DNA of 62,672 bases, filler included, from Asterionella formosa (taxonomy: Eukaryota): assembly GCA_002256025.1 (NCBI GenBank). It is 29 parts of 29 records of this genome, joined end to end, with 100 filler letters (N's around TTAATTAATTAA, not from the genome) between each part and the next. Parts side by side here need not be neighbours in the genome. Positions count along the whole stretch, not along the records: positions 1 to 2,074 come from NKIB01000494.1; positions 2,175 to 4,246 come from NKIB01000496.1; positions 4,347 to 6,416 come from NKIB01000498.1; positions 6,517 to 8,586 come from NKIB01000499.1; positions 8,687 to 10,756 come from NKIB01000500.1; positions 10,857 to 12,925 come from NKIB01000501.1; positions 13,026 to 15,094 come from NKIB01000502.1; 22 more parts are not named here. One strand, written 5' to 3'. The notes under the pieces are model-generated. The model had not been told where the DNA came from. It saw only the letters and a list, made by a program, of their open reading frames with translations, and made no database searches. Of the stretch, positions 1 to 13,184 are shown one piece after another. A program made the position numbers and the translations under genes. Positions within the stretch are counted from its first letter, which is position 1, and every line of letters begins with the position of its first letter.

Positions 1-228
1 GAAAGTTTAAGTTTGACAACTTCCTCGTTGCTATCAATTTCATCAACTGTATTCGATTAACACAGTACTAGGTTCAAGGCCTACGATACGGTCGAATACG
101 GTAGTTGTTACAACATTGTTTCGAGATAAAAATAAAAATAAATTAAAACAAAAGGAACAGCCATTCACATGGAAGGCTGGAGTTTCGACATTTCAACCGA
201 GGTTTTGAACACTTTATAGATTCGAGTA

Positions 229-2074
229 GTGCAGCTGAAGGCCGCAGCCACCAATCAAGGAACCAACGAACCCCATGAGCGCCACCCCAGACGCGATGAC
301 AAGCGGCAGCTTAGCGAGTGGACACGGCAGCACCGGTGGGAGAGGGCGAAGGGACAACCGTCCGCACGGGAGCCGTGGTGGCCGGGCAAGGACACAAGCG
401 ACAAGCAACAACCGTGGCATTTTAAGGGCAGCACAGAGGGCATGAACGGAAACGTATTTGAATGCTATGAAGAACAAAGTGACAGACGCCAGTACGCCAA
501 AACGTTAGAAGCTCTAGACGGATATGTGAGGAAAACACTGAAGTACTCTGAAGACCTTGCCCCTTTGTTTGCCGACACCATGGCGGTTCCCATGGTAGAC
601 ATGCCAGATGACCTAGATGACGATGCAGGACTGACCATGAAAATGATTTTCGCAGAAGAAGTAAAAACGTATGTCAAGCGCAATCATACCCTGAAGAGCA
701 ACCTAGCAACAGTGTATGCGGTGATTTGGGGCCAGTGTAGCGATGACATGAAGGCAAAGGTCAAAACACACGATGACTACAAGGACAAGACTGCCAACAA
801 CGATTGTTTTTGGCTTCTAAAACAGATCAAGTCGATTACTTTACAGTTCGATCAGAGCAGGAATGGTTTCATTGCACTTTTGGACGCCCAGACCAGTTTC
901 CTCAATTGTCGTCAGTTACAAGGACAGTCCGCAGAAGACTACGTCGAGTGTTTGCGAGGATGGGTTGAGACCATCGAGTACCATGGCGGCACTGTGGCAG
1001 CAAATTACAAACTGGTACCCTTCCAGGATCAGGACGGGAATGGGCGTAGCACTGAAGAGCGAAAGGAGATCGCATGTGAACGCACCCTTGCAATCGCTCT
1101 GATTCGAAGTGCTGACCCCACCAGGTCTGGCACCCTCATCACTGACCTGTCAAACCAGTATGCAATGGGAATTGACCAGTACCCCACCAATTTGTTGTCA
1201 GCCCAAAGCCTTCTCGTCAACTACAGAACTCCAACGAACACCAGCGTCAGGACAGATACACCACGCCCCCAGCCGACTAGAAGCCCTGAGGCCAGTGCAA
1301 TGACGTTTACACAACGTGGCGAAATCGCAGGCAATAATGGAGTGTTACATGATGGCATCATCTGTTACAACTGCCAAAGCCAAGGACACTACGCGGGAGA
1401 CTGCCCTGACAGGCAGGAATCGACGACCTCAGGCACTACATTGACGCAGTATGCATACATGCTTGCACAGACCGGCGACCCTGGGATTGATCCTAAGTGG
1501 ATCCTTCTCGACTCGCAGTCGACAATCTCCGTGTTCAAGAACGCCGACATGCTCAGCAACATCCGGCGTAGCTCTTACGTACTCAGGGCGCTCACAAATG
1601 GAGGCTACCAGGACTCCAACATGGTAGGAGATTTTCCCAACTTGGGTAAGGTTTGGTACAACCGTGAATCAATTGCCAACATCCTCTCCCTTGCTGAGGT
1701 GCGCAAGGTATGCCGCGTCACCATGGACTCTGCGGACGAGCCCGCGATGCTTGTCCATAGACTCGATGGAACTGTGATGAAATTTCTTGAGCACCCCTCA
1801 GGACTGTATGTGTTTAGTTGTAACAACGATACTAACGACAGTGTTACAGGTTATACCATGCTATCCACAGTAGCAGAACAGAAGAAACTATTCTCACGAT
1901 GTGAAATTCAATCAGCCAATGCAGCCAGAGATTTGTATAGAAAGATTGGGCGGCCTGCCGAGGCGGAATTCCAATCCATCCTACGGAACAACTTGATTAG
2001 AAATTGCCCAGTGACGCCAGACGACGCCAAGCGCGCCCTCATTATTTACGGTCCAGACATCGCTGCCATAAAAG
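229..2074 (+). mobile_element. Ty1/copia (CoDi-like) gag-protease-pre-integrase polyprotein, 3' truncated by contig end
   Basis: Long open ORF with CCHC knuckle CYNCQSQGHYAGDC, aspartic-protease-like WILLDSQST and GAG-pre-integrase-like ARDLYRKIGRP...LIRNCPVT. Confidence 0.9.
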
Positions 2075-2174
2075 NNNNNNNNNNNNNNNNNNNNNNNNNN
2101 NNNNNNNNNNNNNNNNNNTTAATTAATTAANNNNNNNNNNNNNNNNNNNNNNNNNNNNNNNNNNNNNNNNNNNN
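2075..2174. other. Artificial contig linker (44 N + TTAATTAATTAA + 44 N); 28 such linkers recur every ~2.16 kb through 60516..60615
   Basis: Identical 100-bp spacer with stop codons in all six frames; contig lengths fall almost monotonically from 2074 to 2057 bp, as expected for a size-sorted concatenation. Confidence 0.99.
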
Positions 2175-3139
2175 TTCTAATCAGAATCATTCTATAACTA
2201 TAGCTATGTGGACAGTAGTCTGTTACGCACATTTTCGTATCTCCTTCTATGCTGAATCGAAATAGTAGATGTAGTATCATGTGAGAATTGAAAATGTCAA
2301 CAAGAACAAGTAGAATGTGTTGGTTTACGGGTTGATTGGCGAGATTGTCATGCTGAAGTGGACGAAACGGATATACTTTGTGCGCTGTGTGCGGAAACAT
2401 TACGAGTTCGAATGGTTTCTTCTCTCCGGTAAACTCTTAATTGAATGATTATGAACAAAGGTTCACTGCACACGACGATTACTCGAAGATATAAAGATCA
2501 CTTGACCAACAAATTGAAGACATTATCGCAAACATTCATTCCCCTTGTCATCGCTAGTATTTCGTTGTTGTTGCAAAAATCGGAGTGATGACGGATGGAA
2601 ATCACGAGCAAAATTACATTGCTTGAACTGGTACATTATCCTACCAAGAAATTCGAATACAGGAATCAAATAGAAACAATACATATAATAATTAAATATA
2701 TGTAGTCAAAAGGGTTACTATTTAAACTACAAAGGCATTTATCAAAATTATTAGATGATATAACGAAAAATTATGATCAGATGATCAGATGATCACAATC
2801 CTATGATGCATCATGGAAATATGATAGTTTTTATTTGCAGACGACAGTCAGCCGCCTTGTGGCCATACTTGCCACACTTACGACAGTCACCTTTGAACTT
2901 CCCTTTTGTGTAGAAGGCCTGTTCACTCTTTGTTCTTGCTAGTCGTTTTGACGTCATCCCGGACATATAGATAGTAGTAGTCCCGGATGTCTGTCTTAAT
3001 CTCTTCGACTGTTAGCATGTTGTGCGCCAGGCCGAACCTTCCTACTACCAAACTCTTGTAGCTTTCCGGTAGGTTGTTGATCATGTCTGCCATATAGGCA
3101 CCATCCGAAACGGCGGAGCTCGTATTGCCCGCTGTCGGG

Positions 3140-3586
3140 GTTCTCGTTTTCTCCTAGAGTGCAATTCGTCCATTGGTGGGAGAAGGCAATGACATTCGCC
3201 ATATTGCCTGACTCATACGTTGAAATGAGCTTGTCCCATGCTTCTTTAGCATTGCTGTTAGGAAACTTGGCACTTCTTGCATTATTTACGTGTCAAAATG
3301 GCCCACTCTGGCATGCCATTATCAGACTTGCTTAAACAACTGTGTTGCTCCTTCGGATGCGTCTCTCGTCAGCATCCGAAAACACGATCGTATCGCCCTT
3401 TAGGTCTTTCTCTCCTCTTGGTAGTTCATCACTGTTAAGTATTTCTTGAAAGTTCTTGTAGCACGCGTATGCGAGAAACTTCGCTTTCCACATGTGCCAT
3501 TTAGCATCTTGCCCATCGAACATTGGCAACCTCACTGACGTGTCTTCGTCACTTCCCATTGTTCCTGAGTAGCCTGTGGCCTTCAA
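3140..3586 (-). pseudogene. Degenerate copia gag N-terminus
   Basis: VRLPMFDGQDAKWHMWKAKFLAY resembles copia gag N-termini; the frame breaks at 3332 and gag-like remnants (NAKEAWDKLISTYE) continue downstream. Confidence 0.6.
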
Positions 3587-4346
3587 AGGTGCGCTTTAAA
3601 GCGTGTTAAAAGGTCTTGTACTCCTTCCCGTCTGACGGGTTCCTCTTACATAGGACTTACCTGTTATACCACTAGTGTTGTTATCTTCTTTCTGCTGCTA
3701 GCCTTCGTGCTAGCTTTCGCTATTGACCTTACTCTGTCAATTCTCACTGCTTCTTAATTTTAAGCTTAAACTAAAACTAAGTTTCAATCCCATTCATTAC
3801 ACTTCGTGAACCTGTTCTTCGTGTTCCATTTTCGTTGATGTGAACCTTCTTCTGATTGATCTAAGACATCAATCTCGTTAGCAAGCTTCTTGACATGGGA
3901 GCGCACCATTTGACTTATTGGACTATAATCGAGTCCACAGTCCTTGTGACTCACTATAGCCATTGATGCTATATTCTTGACATTCTCATACCGGTAGTTA
4001 TGTTTACTAATCAAGTGCCAGTAATACAAATTGCATGACACTAAATGAACGTAATGATGAATTCTTAAATATATATATACAGGCATATGATTGATTTGAG
4101 CGACAACAAGGAATTTTGCACTGTACATAGAGATGCATACCGGTACTGCAAATGCATGCAAATGAATAATTGTATAATAGGCATTTGGGTACCAGCTATA
4201 AACTGAGAGTACCAGTTAGTCAACGTTAAGAACTCCTTCTTCCGACNNNNNNNNNNNNNNNNNNNNNNNNNNNNNNNNNNNNNNNNNNNNTTAATTAATT
4301 AANNNNNNNNNNNNNNNNNNNNNNNNNNNNNNNNNNNNNNNNNNNN

Positions 4347-5259
4347 TTATGACGTCTATCTTTTGTGCTACTTGATTCTTCGAAATGAATTTCTTGGGAA
4401 CTACTCTCCTATTCAGCTCTTCTTCTTCCATATGCTCAATGTCTATCAATGTATTGATCCGGTTAAGCAATATCGCCCTCACAAAAGGAAATAGTATATT
4501 TTTAATCTCCGGTTCATCGGCGGGAACAACGTACATCCTTTTGGAGGGCAGCACAGTTATTGTCCTAACGGCAATTCGTGAGATGTTTTCAGTGGATTCT
4601 TTCATCGCCTTGGTTTGATCTTCTTTGGCGATTATATTCTTCAGTCGCTCTGTAACATCTTGTATATATTGGCGATGGAATGTGAGCTGAATTTCGTTCC
4701 GAATTGGCAATTGTTGTGTGTTACCTGAAGTCCTTGTTTCTTTCCCATTACTTGACCCAGTCAGCATATTTTCTTTGGTTCGGTAACCAAATCGAAAGGT
4801 ACGATCCAAGTGCAAGTCAAATGGCCGATAGAGGTGCTTTCCCCACGCGAGAGTCATATGATCGCGATACGTCCCCCCGCAGATCAGGCATGTGTGCTTG
4901 GAACGTGGACAATGTGGATGCAAAAGCTGTAGAAGGCTTCCTGGTCGAATATAAATGAATTTTCGACCACCCTTGCCTTCATATGTGCAGTCTTTCTGTA
5001 GAAAATGGCAAATGCTGTGCAATGCAGCGGATGGAGCGTTCCAAATATAGAATGAACAGGCCTTTCCCGATGGCGAATGGAAAGGATTATTTGTGGTCGT
5101 TGTGGAGTTCGCTTGCTTGCCTATTTTCCTCAAGGAGGTTTTGACACTGCTGCTGTGCCTGATACCATTGGATGCAAATGTTCGATCGAATATTGCAAAT
5201 ATAAGAAGGATTGAACGGAACCACGCCCTTGCTGTCACCATGCCGGCGGGATTGATCAA
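4347..5259 (-). CDS. Hypothetical protein with N-terminal hydrophobic segment, 3' truncated
   Basis: About 300 open codons; AWFRSILLIFAIFDRTFA could be a signal peptide; no family recognised. Confidence 0.45.
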
Positions 5260-6516
5260 GAAAGTATGATGGGTCTACATAGTGATCCTTCTTACTTTTG
5301 ATGTATGATGGATGAGGTACCGGTAGGTCTGTTATATTCTGGTACGACTAGAATGCATAAACCAAGAACAGGCAGAGCCAGTAAGTAGTAAGGAATATGC
5401 AGTTGATCGCATTCGTCTTGTTAAATGTCAGTCAGGTGGTACTCCTACCGTATAGTAACTGCTACTGCTTCCCACCACGGGCGGGTATCTCCGCAGTAAG
5501 TACGTACTCTGAGTAGAACTTTCCTGTGTTGTAGTAATAAATTTTACGACCTGGGGAGTTGCGATAAAGACGGTTTTTACTATCAAAGGAAATTTCTCAT
5601 AAACCGCAACTTGCAGGTACTGCTACAACAACATGATGATGAAGTTTTCTCCAGCTGCATGCAACTCTCCTCTGTATCTGCCATACATTTGGAGTTTCAG
5701 TTCCATATGATTACATTATGCTGGAGAATATGGAAGTTTAGTTCAATGATAGATTGCGACTACAAGCAAAGTGTAGACTCAGCTGGTCATTCGTGTTAAA
5801 GTGCGCTCATCTACATAGTTATGACTCGGAGTCAAACGAGTCGAATGATTCGAATGAGTCAACTTTGATGTACCAAGCTCTCATCAACCACACATTATAC
5901 CTTGTTACTCCGCCTGTAATGAGCCGGACAATATAAGCTATTTCGGAAGAGCGATAGTTTGAAAATGAATGATCATGGTTAAAAACCTATGATCAGTAAG
6001 TATGAGATAGACATGGGTCTATCTATGATTGTATGTTTCTAGAAATGCAAACAGCATTTGGAGAATAGTTCATTTGTTTGTTCAAACAGAACAAGCTAAA
6101 GCTAGATTAGTAAACTCACAATAAGAATATAGATACAGAAAGAGAACAAACGTCTCTATCTATAGTCTTCTTTGTCTAACGATATAGATCTACTATCAAA
6201 AGGGAATGCTTTAACAAATTTGGAGATTCGTATTCTGCTGAGGTCGCATAAAACACCATTTTACAACCACAGCAGCCCCCAAGGGTGCATTCTTGAGGAA
6301 ATTTGTTAATACATGGAAGTCTAAATTTGGTAAGGTTGGTCAAGTAGCTGGTTGAATTTTGAAACATGGGTCAAGCATTTCAATACACTCTTTTTGGTGA
6401 GTGGTCCCATCATGATNNNNNNNNNNNNNNNNNNNNNNNNNNNNNNNNNNNNNNNNNNNNTTAATTAATTAANNNNNNNNNNNNNNNNNNNNNNNNNNNN
6501 NNNNNNNNNNNNNNNN

Positions 6517-7500
6517 ATGAGTGTGGGTAGATGATATTTGTGGTGGAAGTAGCAATTTTACTAGGATTCCTTCCATATTCAGATCGATTCTTTTGTGAAA
6601 GTCCAGTGTAGATTTCTGTACAATAAACGAGTAAATCATCAGTCCATTGATCAGTAAGACCATTTGAAACTGAACTTTCTTCCCTCACACTTTTTTGATA
6701 AGTGGTTTCCCCCCAATGTCGACAAAATCAGTAGAATGACAAATATCGTTCTCTGAAATTTCATGTGTAGTATCTGGATTGAAACCCAAATATTTTTGTT
6801 GCACTCGGAATTTTCCTTTCAGCACCAAGAAGCAAAATGCGTCTGTACTGGCATTGATCAGCGAACCAACAAAACTTGATTGCAATTCACACTGTGCCCG
6901 AAGATCTAGTTGAAATTTGGTCACACCAGATTTGTCTCTTTTTAAAAATGGTTCTCCACAGCTTGTCCTGCCTATAAAATACACTGGAGCAAGAACATCA
7001 CGCCAGAATTGGTATCCATGGCTTCCCCTGTCAATGTCCTCTGACTGCGCAAAACGATAGATCGTGAACGCCCACCTAATAAAGTCATCAATATCCATAG
7101 TCTGGAAGTTATATACTGTTAGACCAGCTGGTGTGTCATGAATTATGTTAGCATTTTCAAGTTGAAACATATTTGATAAGAATATAATCACCGACTCAAA
7201 ACATCATGCTTTCAGAGCATCTCCTGCCCTGCAAGAACTTACCTAAGATTCCTTTAAATTGATTATTCAATATGCACATTCTGACATTCTCTCGACATTT
7301 TAATGCGCATGCCACCATATGTTGATTTGATGTAATCTAAACGTGCCTTGTTGGTACGTCCAATGGTCTGATTAATCGGAAGTAATGCATCAGAACCATT
7401 CCATATGAAATCGGCAAGCTCTGGGTCACTCTCCACTTCTTTGCCTAACTCCGGTTTCACTGTGAATAGCCGAGTTAGGCAACATTGGGCAAACGAATCC
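6517..7500 (-). pseudogene. Fragmented unknown coding sequence
   Basis: Consecutive protein-like minus-strand ORFs (7263..7460, 6685..7191, 6461..6688) in different frames; no family recognised. Confidence 0.3.
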
Positions 7501-7954
7501 TGGCTGTTTGTGATTGGAAATGCCTTTCATACTACTTGGACCAGATAGGGCGGGATGTTTGATTCTCTTTTGGGACCAGAAAAAAGCACATTAGATTTAT
7601 ATTCTGTTTTACAGTACCTGCAATTCGCGAACTATAACCTCAAACTTACATGTTCATAGCAAAACTTCTTGGTCTTGAAAATAAAATTCACAACCTTTGT
7701 TACAATTTATGGATCGGATCAATTTTAGCTAAGTGGGAACGACGTTCTGATAAGGTTGCTGAAATTGAAGATTCTTGATAACCTCGTATGGACAAGCGAG
7801 TTTTGAACCGAATTACGACCTTTGTAGTCTTTGAGTTGCCCAATCGATAATATCCTTTGGCAAGTGCAAACATGTTTTTCCCTCAGTTTGTCATCTACTT
7901 GTTGGTCCGTGCCATTAGAAAATTTATGGTATCATATAATAAATTAACAGATGG

Positions 7955-8586
7955 CATTCTGTTGCTCGCTTACTACTCCGACTACCCTCTTTCAGTTTTA
8001 CAATCATATGATCCTGAACTAGGATGATTTACTGTCCCCCTGCAGTAGCAACAGTCATGAGCATATGGTGTTCTGTTGCTCGCTTACTACACCGACTATT
8101 TTTTTCAATTTTACGATCATGCAATCCTAAAAATATGATGATTTAATGTCCCGCTGCTGTAGCAGCAGTCGTGAACATATGGTGCTCTGTTGCTCGCTTA
8201 CTACTCCGACTATCCTTTTTCAATTTTATGATCATACGGTCCTAAAACTATGATGATTTACTATGGTCCCACTGCAGTAGCAACAGTCATGAACATATGG
8301 TGTTCTGTTGCTCGTTTACTACCTGGTACTGTGACTACCTGGTACCCCCAGTATATCACTTCCTTCCTGCTACTAGTACTCTGTATATATATGATAAAAT
8401 GTTATTGTCGTATGGTGTACTGGTACACATGAAGAACTCCCGCCCAAAAAAGGGGCTTAAACAATTTGCTACCAAAATCCTTGCATATAAATAATGATAC
8501 AAATGGGTTATGACTTAGTACACCAATTGAATGGTCTAAATAATTAGTTCCAACGGAGGTAGAAAATATTGATGCAAACATATTTC
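7955..8586 (+). repeat. Dispersed repeat family R1, copy 1: about 3-4 tandem ~115-bp subunits followed by a unique body
   Basis: TTCTGTTGCTCGCTTACTAC recurs at about 7957, 8070, 8186 and 8302; the body (CCCGCCCAAAAAAGGGGCTTAAACAATTTGCTACC) also occurs at 46320 and, reverse-complemented, near 20600-20640. Confidence 0.9.
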
Positions 8587-8688
8587 NNNNNNNNNNNNNN
8601 NNNNNNNNNNNNNNNNNNNNNNNNNNNNNNTTAATTAATTAANNNNNNNNNNNNNNNNNNNNNNNNNNNNNNNNNNNNNNNNNNNNCA

Positions 8689-9766
8689 TCAATCGCTTGC
8701 AATGTAACCAACCGCATTCCAAGTGTTCAAAATTGTTGATTGTGACACCCTCAGCCAAGCTGTCCAAACCCACTGAGCGACATCCTGCCGCTTCACCTTT
8801 GTACCATGAGGATTGGCGACCATCCAGTCCTCATAGGCATTCCTAACAAAACCCTTAAAGGGCTTGTTTACTCCAACGTCCAAAACTTGAAGTTTTGATG
8901 TGTAGCCACCACAAATGAAGTCCACAGCAGTGCCACAATCCTTAATTGCATTGAGGCTCGTCGCCATCAAATGCACCTGGAACTCGTCCATCAGGAGGTA
9001 GCTTGGTTGAGAATCATGGCTGATTGTCCATGGTTTCCAGACTTCCCGAATCCAAAGCGCAAACACCGCCTCATCGCCCCACGCCTTTGCCTGACAACAA
9101 TAAACCATCTGTGGGGGATAAGCAAACTGTTGATTGTTGAATTCTCGCTGGATCCTGGCATCAGGTACTCCTTTGAAAACAACAAGAGGAGCAAGCTTCT
9201 CTCCAGACATCGTAACACCCAACAACACTGTGCAACGCATGCTGCTGCCATTGGTGCTTTCATCGAACAAGCGCGATCATCACCACGAAGCTGATCATAC
9301 AAGAGACGAATCGCCGCAAATTCAGTTGCACTATTGCTACGCGACTTGCCTAAATGAAAAGTTTGTTTTTTCAGAAGGAGACGCCCCTCATCCGACAATA
9401 AACCTTCTACATCAGAATAACGATTGTCGAAATCATGAAAGTTAGCTTTCCAGCGCCGAATATTGCTGGCGCCGATGCCATACTTACGTGCAACAGCCTT
9501 GATGATGCCGGGGAGTTCCCATGCTTCATCCACGATGTCGCGCTTTTCTTGCAAGGTGAAGAACTTTCTCATTTTTCACTTTTCGGAAACAGTGATCATA
9601 TTAATAAATATTAGAAAAATGCGCGCCATCCTGTAGAACTAATAAAATTAACTTAGGACTAGTATAAGGGAAATCTCTTCATTGTCCTGGACCCCCCTTA
9701 AGTAAAATCAGTCAAATTCAGTCACGGCAGTGTACATTGGGGGGTCCAGGACAATGAAGTATACGG
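8689..9766 (-). mobile_element. pogo/Tigger-like DDE transposon, internally deleted and frameshifted, with left terminus at 9766 flanked by TA
   Basis: N-terminal HTH (FTLQEKRDIV...VARKYGIGASNIRRW) at 9572, then DDE_1 motifs CTVLLGVTMSGEKLAPLVVFKG, LLMDEFQVH, GGYTSKLQVLDVGVNKPFK; the terminus reads TA|CCGTATACTTCATTGTCCTGGACCCCCC on the minus strand. Confidence 0.85.
9677..9759. repeat. Perfect 21-bp inverted repeat at the pogo element end
   Basis: CTTCATTGTCCTGGACCCCCC (9677-9697) / GGGGGGTCCAGGACAATGAAG (9739-9759). Confidence 0.95.
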
Positions 9767-10856
9767 TATACTGTATGGTACCACCAGGTACTCCTGGCTG
9801 GTAGGTACTTGGTACCAGGTCATTGTTACAAGTGTGAGACTGTAGGTTTGCCCTACCAGTATTTCCATCTTTCCCTTCTTGTTACAATAGGAATTATTTC
9901 GTTTGTACTGAGAAACTGTACTCATTTCTAGGTTCATACTGTGGAACTGTAGGTTTGCACTACCAGCATTGCTTTTCCGTATTCCCCTTATTACAATAGA
10001 ATATGGCGTTCGTACTGTGAATATATTAAGAGTACCCACTGGCTGTGTACTCTCCTTCTTGTCATACCGATATTTTTTTAAGGTCACACTTGTAGCATCA
10101 AAATTTTTCCCAACGAAGTAAGACTGCGCAAGGTTTTTTCATGTAGATAGTAGGTTCTGTTGGTACAAAGATGAAGTCATGGCCGCGCCAGGATTTTTGA
10201 CCCTCTGAATTCATAAAGACAACATTTAACCACCACTGTGCACAATATATGTTTTCAACATGGGGACGACCCTTAAAAGCAGCATCCCCTTCTAGCTTTT
10301 CAGCGCCTCACCATTAACAAATACTACATCAGCCAGCCACCAAGAACTCACATATTGTTTGTTGAAACAATAGAAGGTGGAATGACACAACATTGAGATC
10401 GTAAGCAATCGATGCTTTTAAGCAAGGGAAGATTTATTTGCTTGCTATTTTTGCTATTATATCACCAAGCAAGGGATAACTAATGATATGTCATGCTTTT
10501 GTTTTCAACATTCATTTGACATTTGAACAGGCCTTTTCAGAAAAGCAGTGTTCTTTGGAAAGTAGGAGTGATAGCAGATGAAATGACACAATATGGAGAC
10601 CCGCAATGGAGGCCTTCAAGGTGAGCTTAATCTTCAGTTTTCATAATTGTAACAGCAAAGCGAGCGAGAAATCACATGGTTCTGTTATTGTTCTCTACAT
10701 TTATTTTACATTTTAGCCGTTCATTTCATAACAGGAGCATCTTTTTTAATGCATCANNNNNNNNNNNNNNNNNNNNNNNNNNNNNNNNNNNNNNNNNNNN
10801 TTAATTAATTAANNNNNNNNNNNNNNNNNNNNNNNNNNNNNNNNNNNNNNNNNNNN

Positions 10857-11295
10857 TTGGAATTTCGGTTGAGGTCAACATGCAAAGTGCTCCTTCACCT
10901 TTTGCTTGCACATTGGCATTGGATGAGTGATTTCGCATAGCAGACTCAATTGTGTCAATCGCCTCCTTTTTGTTGTCATTATCCTCAGCCAACTTCCCAA
11001 GTGCTTGACAATCATACTCTTGCACATTAGCAGTGGATGAATGAGTCTTCATAGCAGACAGAATCGAAGTGATACCTCCTTCTTCAGCAATCATCACCTT
11101 GTTGTTGTCATTACTGTCAGCCAAGTAAGCAAGTGCTGCACAACCATTCTTTTGCACATTAGCATTGGATGGATGAGTCTTCATTGCAGACAGAATCGCA
11201 GTGATACCTCCTGCAGCAGTGATTGCCATACTGAGGCAGTCATTCATAGCCAACTTCCAAAGTGTTCCACAACCATATCCCTGGACATTATCATT
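10857..11295 (-). CDS. Armadillo (ARM) repeat protein fragment
   Basis: Repeated AGGITAILSAMKTHxSNANVQxxGCxAL units; closely related at DNA level to 53063..53440. Confidence 0.85.
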
Positions 11296-11569
11296 CTATG
11301 TTAATTTCAAAACTTCGACCCAAATCCTGAGCATGTAGTACGCTTTAAGGCCATTAGATATAAGTTTATAGCAAATGGTTTCTCCTAAAATATTGGTTGT
11401 AAAGTGTAATCGATTAAAATATTGCCAGAACACGGATTACACCAAGTTTTAAGGACTTATTGTTTTATGACATGCTTAGTAGCTATATATACAAAAATAT
11501 CGCATTTGATTTATTTGGTTGGCGATTTAAGAGTAAAATATTGTGACAAGTAAAATATTGTGACACAAA

Positions 11570-11920
11570 CAAAAATTGATGCAAATTCTTTGATATATCT
11601 ATACTGCCCTCCACTCATTTGGTCCCCTCAAAAGGTATGTAACATTGATCTGTTCTCGTCATTCATGTTTGTTGATTTTGCTGCTTGCTTCTTGTTTGCT
11701 TCGTTGCTCTGTTGTTCTCTATATTAGATCATTGACATAAATTGCCTTGCAGAAAGTTGTGTCAAAGAAATCGAGAGCACAGCGGTGTCTTTCGAATTGT
11801 TTGACAAGCTTCTCAATGCTGATGGGGTCCGCTTCATGTGTTGTTGTGTCAACTTTGGCGTCCATCCAGTCATGTTGTTGTTCATCCAGATCTTTCCAAA
11901 TCTTGAAGTATGCACGTAAT
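11570..11920 (-). mobile_element. Degenerate DNA-transposase C-terminus and 3' flank; also present at about 24810-25020
   Basis: Minus frame reads ...ISIEKLVKQFERHRCALDFFDTTFC; the nucleotide match to 24810-25020 is visible; assignment to an IS630/Tc1-like family is from memory only. Confidence 0.45.
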
Positions 11921-12055
11921 TTTCACCTTTAAAATAGAAATGTATAACGCTCAACGGAGCTTTCACCATTAGAAACCCTTTCCATATGCTTAAATACTGT
12001 CTTCGGACAAAGTAGGGGTGTAGGTCCACTCTATATATCGTCAGGATATAGTAGG

Positions 12056-12331
12056 ATCTGGCGAGAAACTGCAGAAAGGAACTTCGGCCTTTTTACTATT
12101 TGTTGATCTGAGCACACTACCACCAGTAGAGTAGCTATATGTACATTCAGTGATGAAGAATCTATATACGTATATTTAGGGAATATGAGAAGAAATCTAT
12201 GTATGCACGCGCTAATTTCCACTCATTTTAATATTTCAAATGGGAATCATCGAAATTTCCAGAGAATTTCAGCAGCCCTAAGAAGCAATATTTTGATTTT
12301 TTTCCTAGGGGTTCAAATGCAGGAACCTTAA
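12056..12331. mobile_element. Non-autonomous repeat element R2 (short copy) ending at TTAA
   Basis: Shares GATCTGGCGAGAAACTGCAGAAAGGAACTTCGG with 34685 and CCTAGGGGTTCAAATGCAGGAACC|TTAA with 35639-35666; flanks diverge after TTAA. Confidence 0.7.
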
Positions 12332-12589
12332 TCAAAGCAAGGTGTTAGCAGGTTGTGGATCTGTCGATATTTTCATTGAAGGTCAAGGTGCTGAGATACG
12401 AACCTTTTTATGTGGACATAATTTGCCAGTTATGGGTCACAGCTGTGCTTGAATTTTTATCTATAATTGTATATAATTTTATATACCATGCCGATCAAAG
12501 ATTATCCCATTTGGTTTTCTCAATATTATTTTTTTGAATTTTCGCATCAAGATATAACATGAGTACTGGTATTGTTGAAAAATAAGTGG

Positions 12590-12775
12590 CACTTACTCTA
12601 GCGCACTCGCTCCAGTACTGCCCTGGAATGACTGGTCCAGATCTTTCTTGCGCTGCTCGTCTGCAGATTATCTGCTATATAAATCCTGTCTATTTCTGTT
12701 TAGACATTCCTCAGACTACATCTAGTCTTCAGACACCTGTCAACATCAACAGCCTAACAGACACACTCTGACATG
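12590..12775 (-). repeat. Dispersed repeat R3; copies at about 50720-50905 and 51150-51330
   Basis: CTCCAGTACTGCCCTGGAATGAC...GACATTCCTCAGACTACA...ACACCTGTCAACATCAACAGCCTAACAGACAC matches both copies as reverse complement. Confidence 0.85.
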
Positions 12776-13184
12776 GTATACTAAATGATGATCTGTTCTA
12801 TAGCCCATTCCTACTTCCTTCTTTCAAGGCAAGTACTCATTGTGCGGCCTGCCGACAAGACCTGTGCTTCCCTAGTTTTGTTTGTGTAAGTGATTCCCCA
12901 ACAACCTTTCATGAAAGGTGATTGTNNNNNNNNNNNNNNNNNNNNNNNNNNNNNNNNNNNNNNNNNNNNTTAATTAATTAANNNNNNNNNNNNNNNNNNN
13001 NNNNNNNNNNNNNNNNNNNNNNNNNATCAGGTACAAATCAGGATAGAATAAGAATAAAAGTGCCAAGCAAATGTCGTTAACTAAAGTCCTCCCCTCTTTG
13101 CAATACCCGTTCAAATCATCTTGTATGTAAAGGCCCGTCCCATTTCCGCCTAGTTGCAAAGCTTTATCGGAATACAAGCCTCCA

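Noticed and set aside
214..1826. Numerous short ORFs antisense to or overlapping long ORFs (here and throughout)
   Set aside because: Shadow frames of real coding sequence or of repeats, with no independent motifs
2119..2130. Regularly spaced TTAATTAATTAA palindromes and ORFs ending XXXXLIN
   Set aside because: Artificial scaffold linker, not a biological repeat or terminus
7955..8330. R1 subunits as CRISPR-like repeats
   Set aside because: The intervening sequences are themselves repeated
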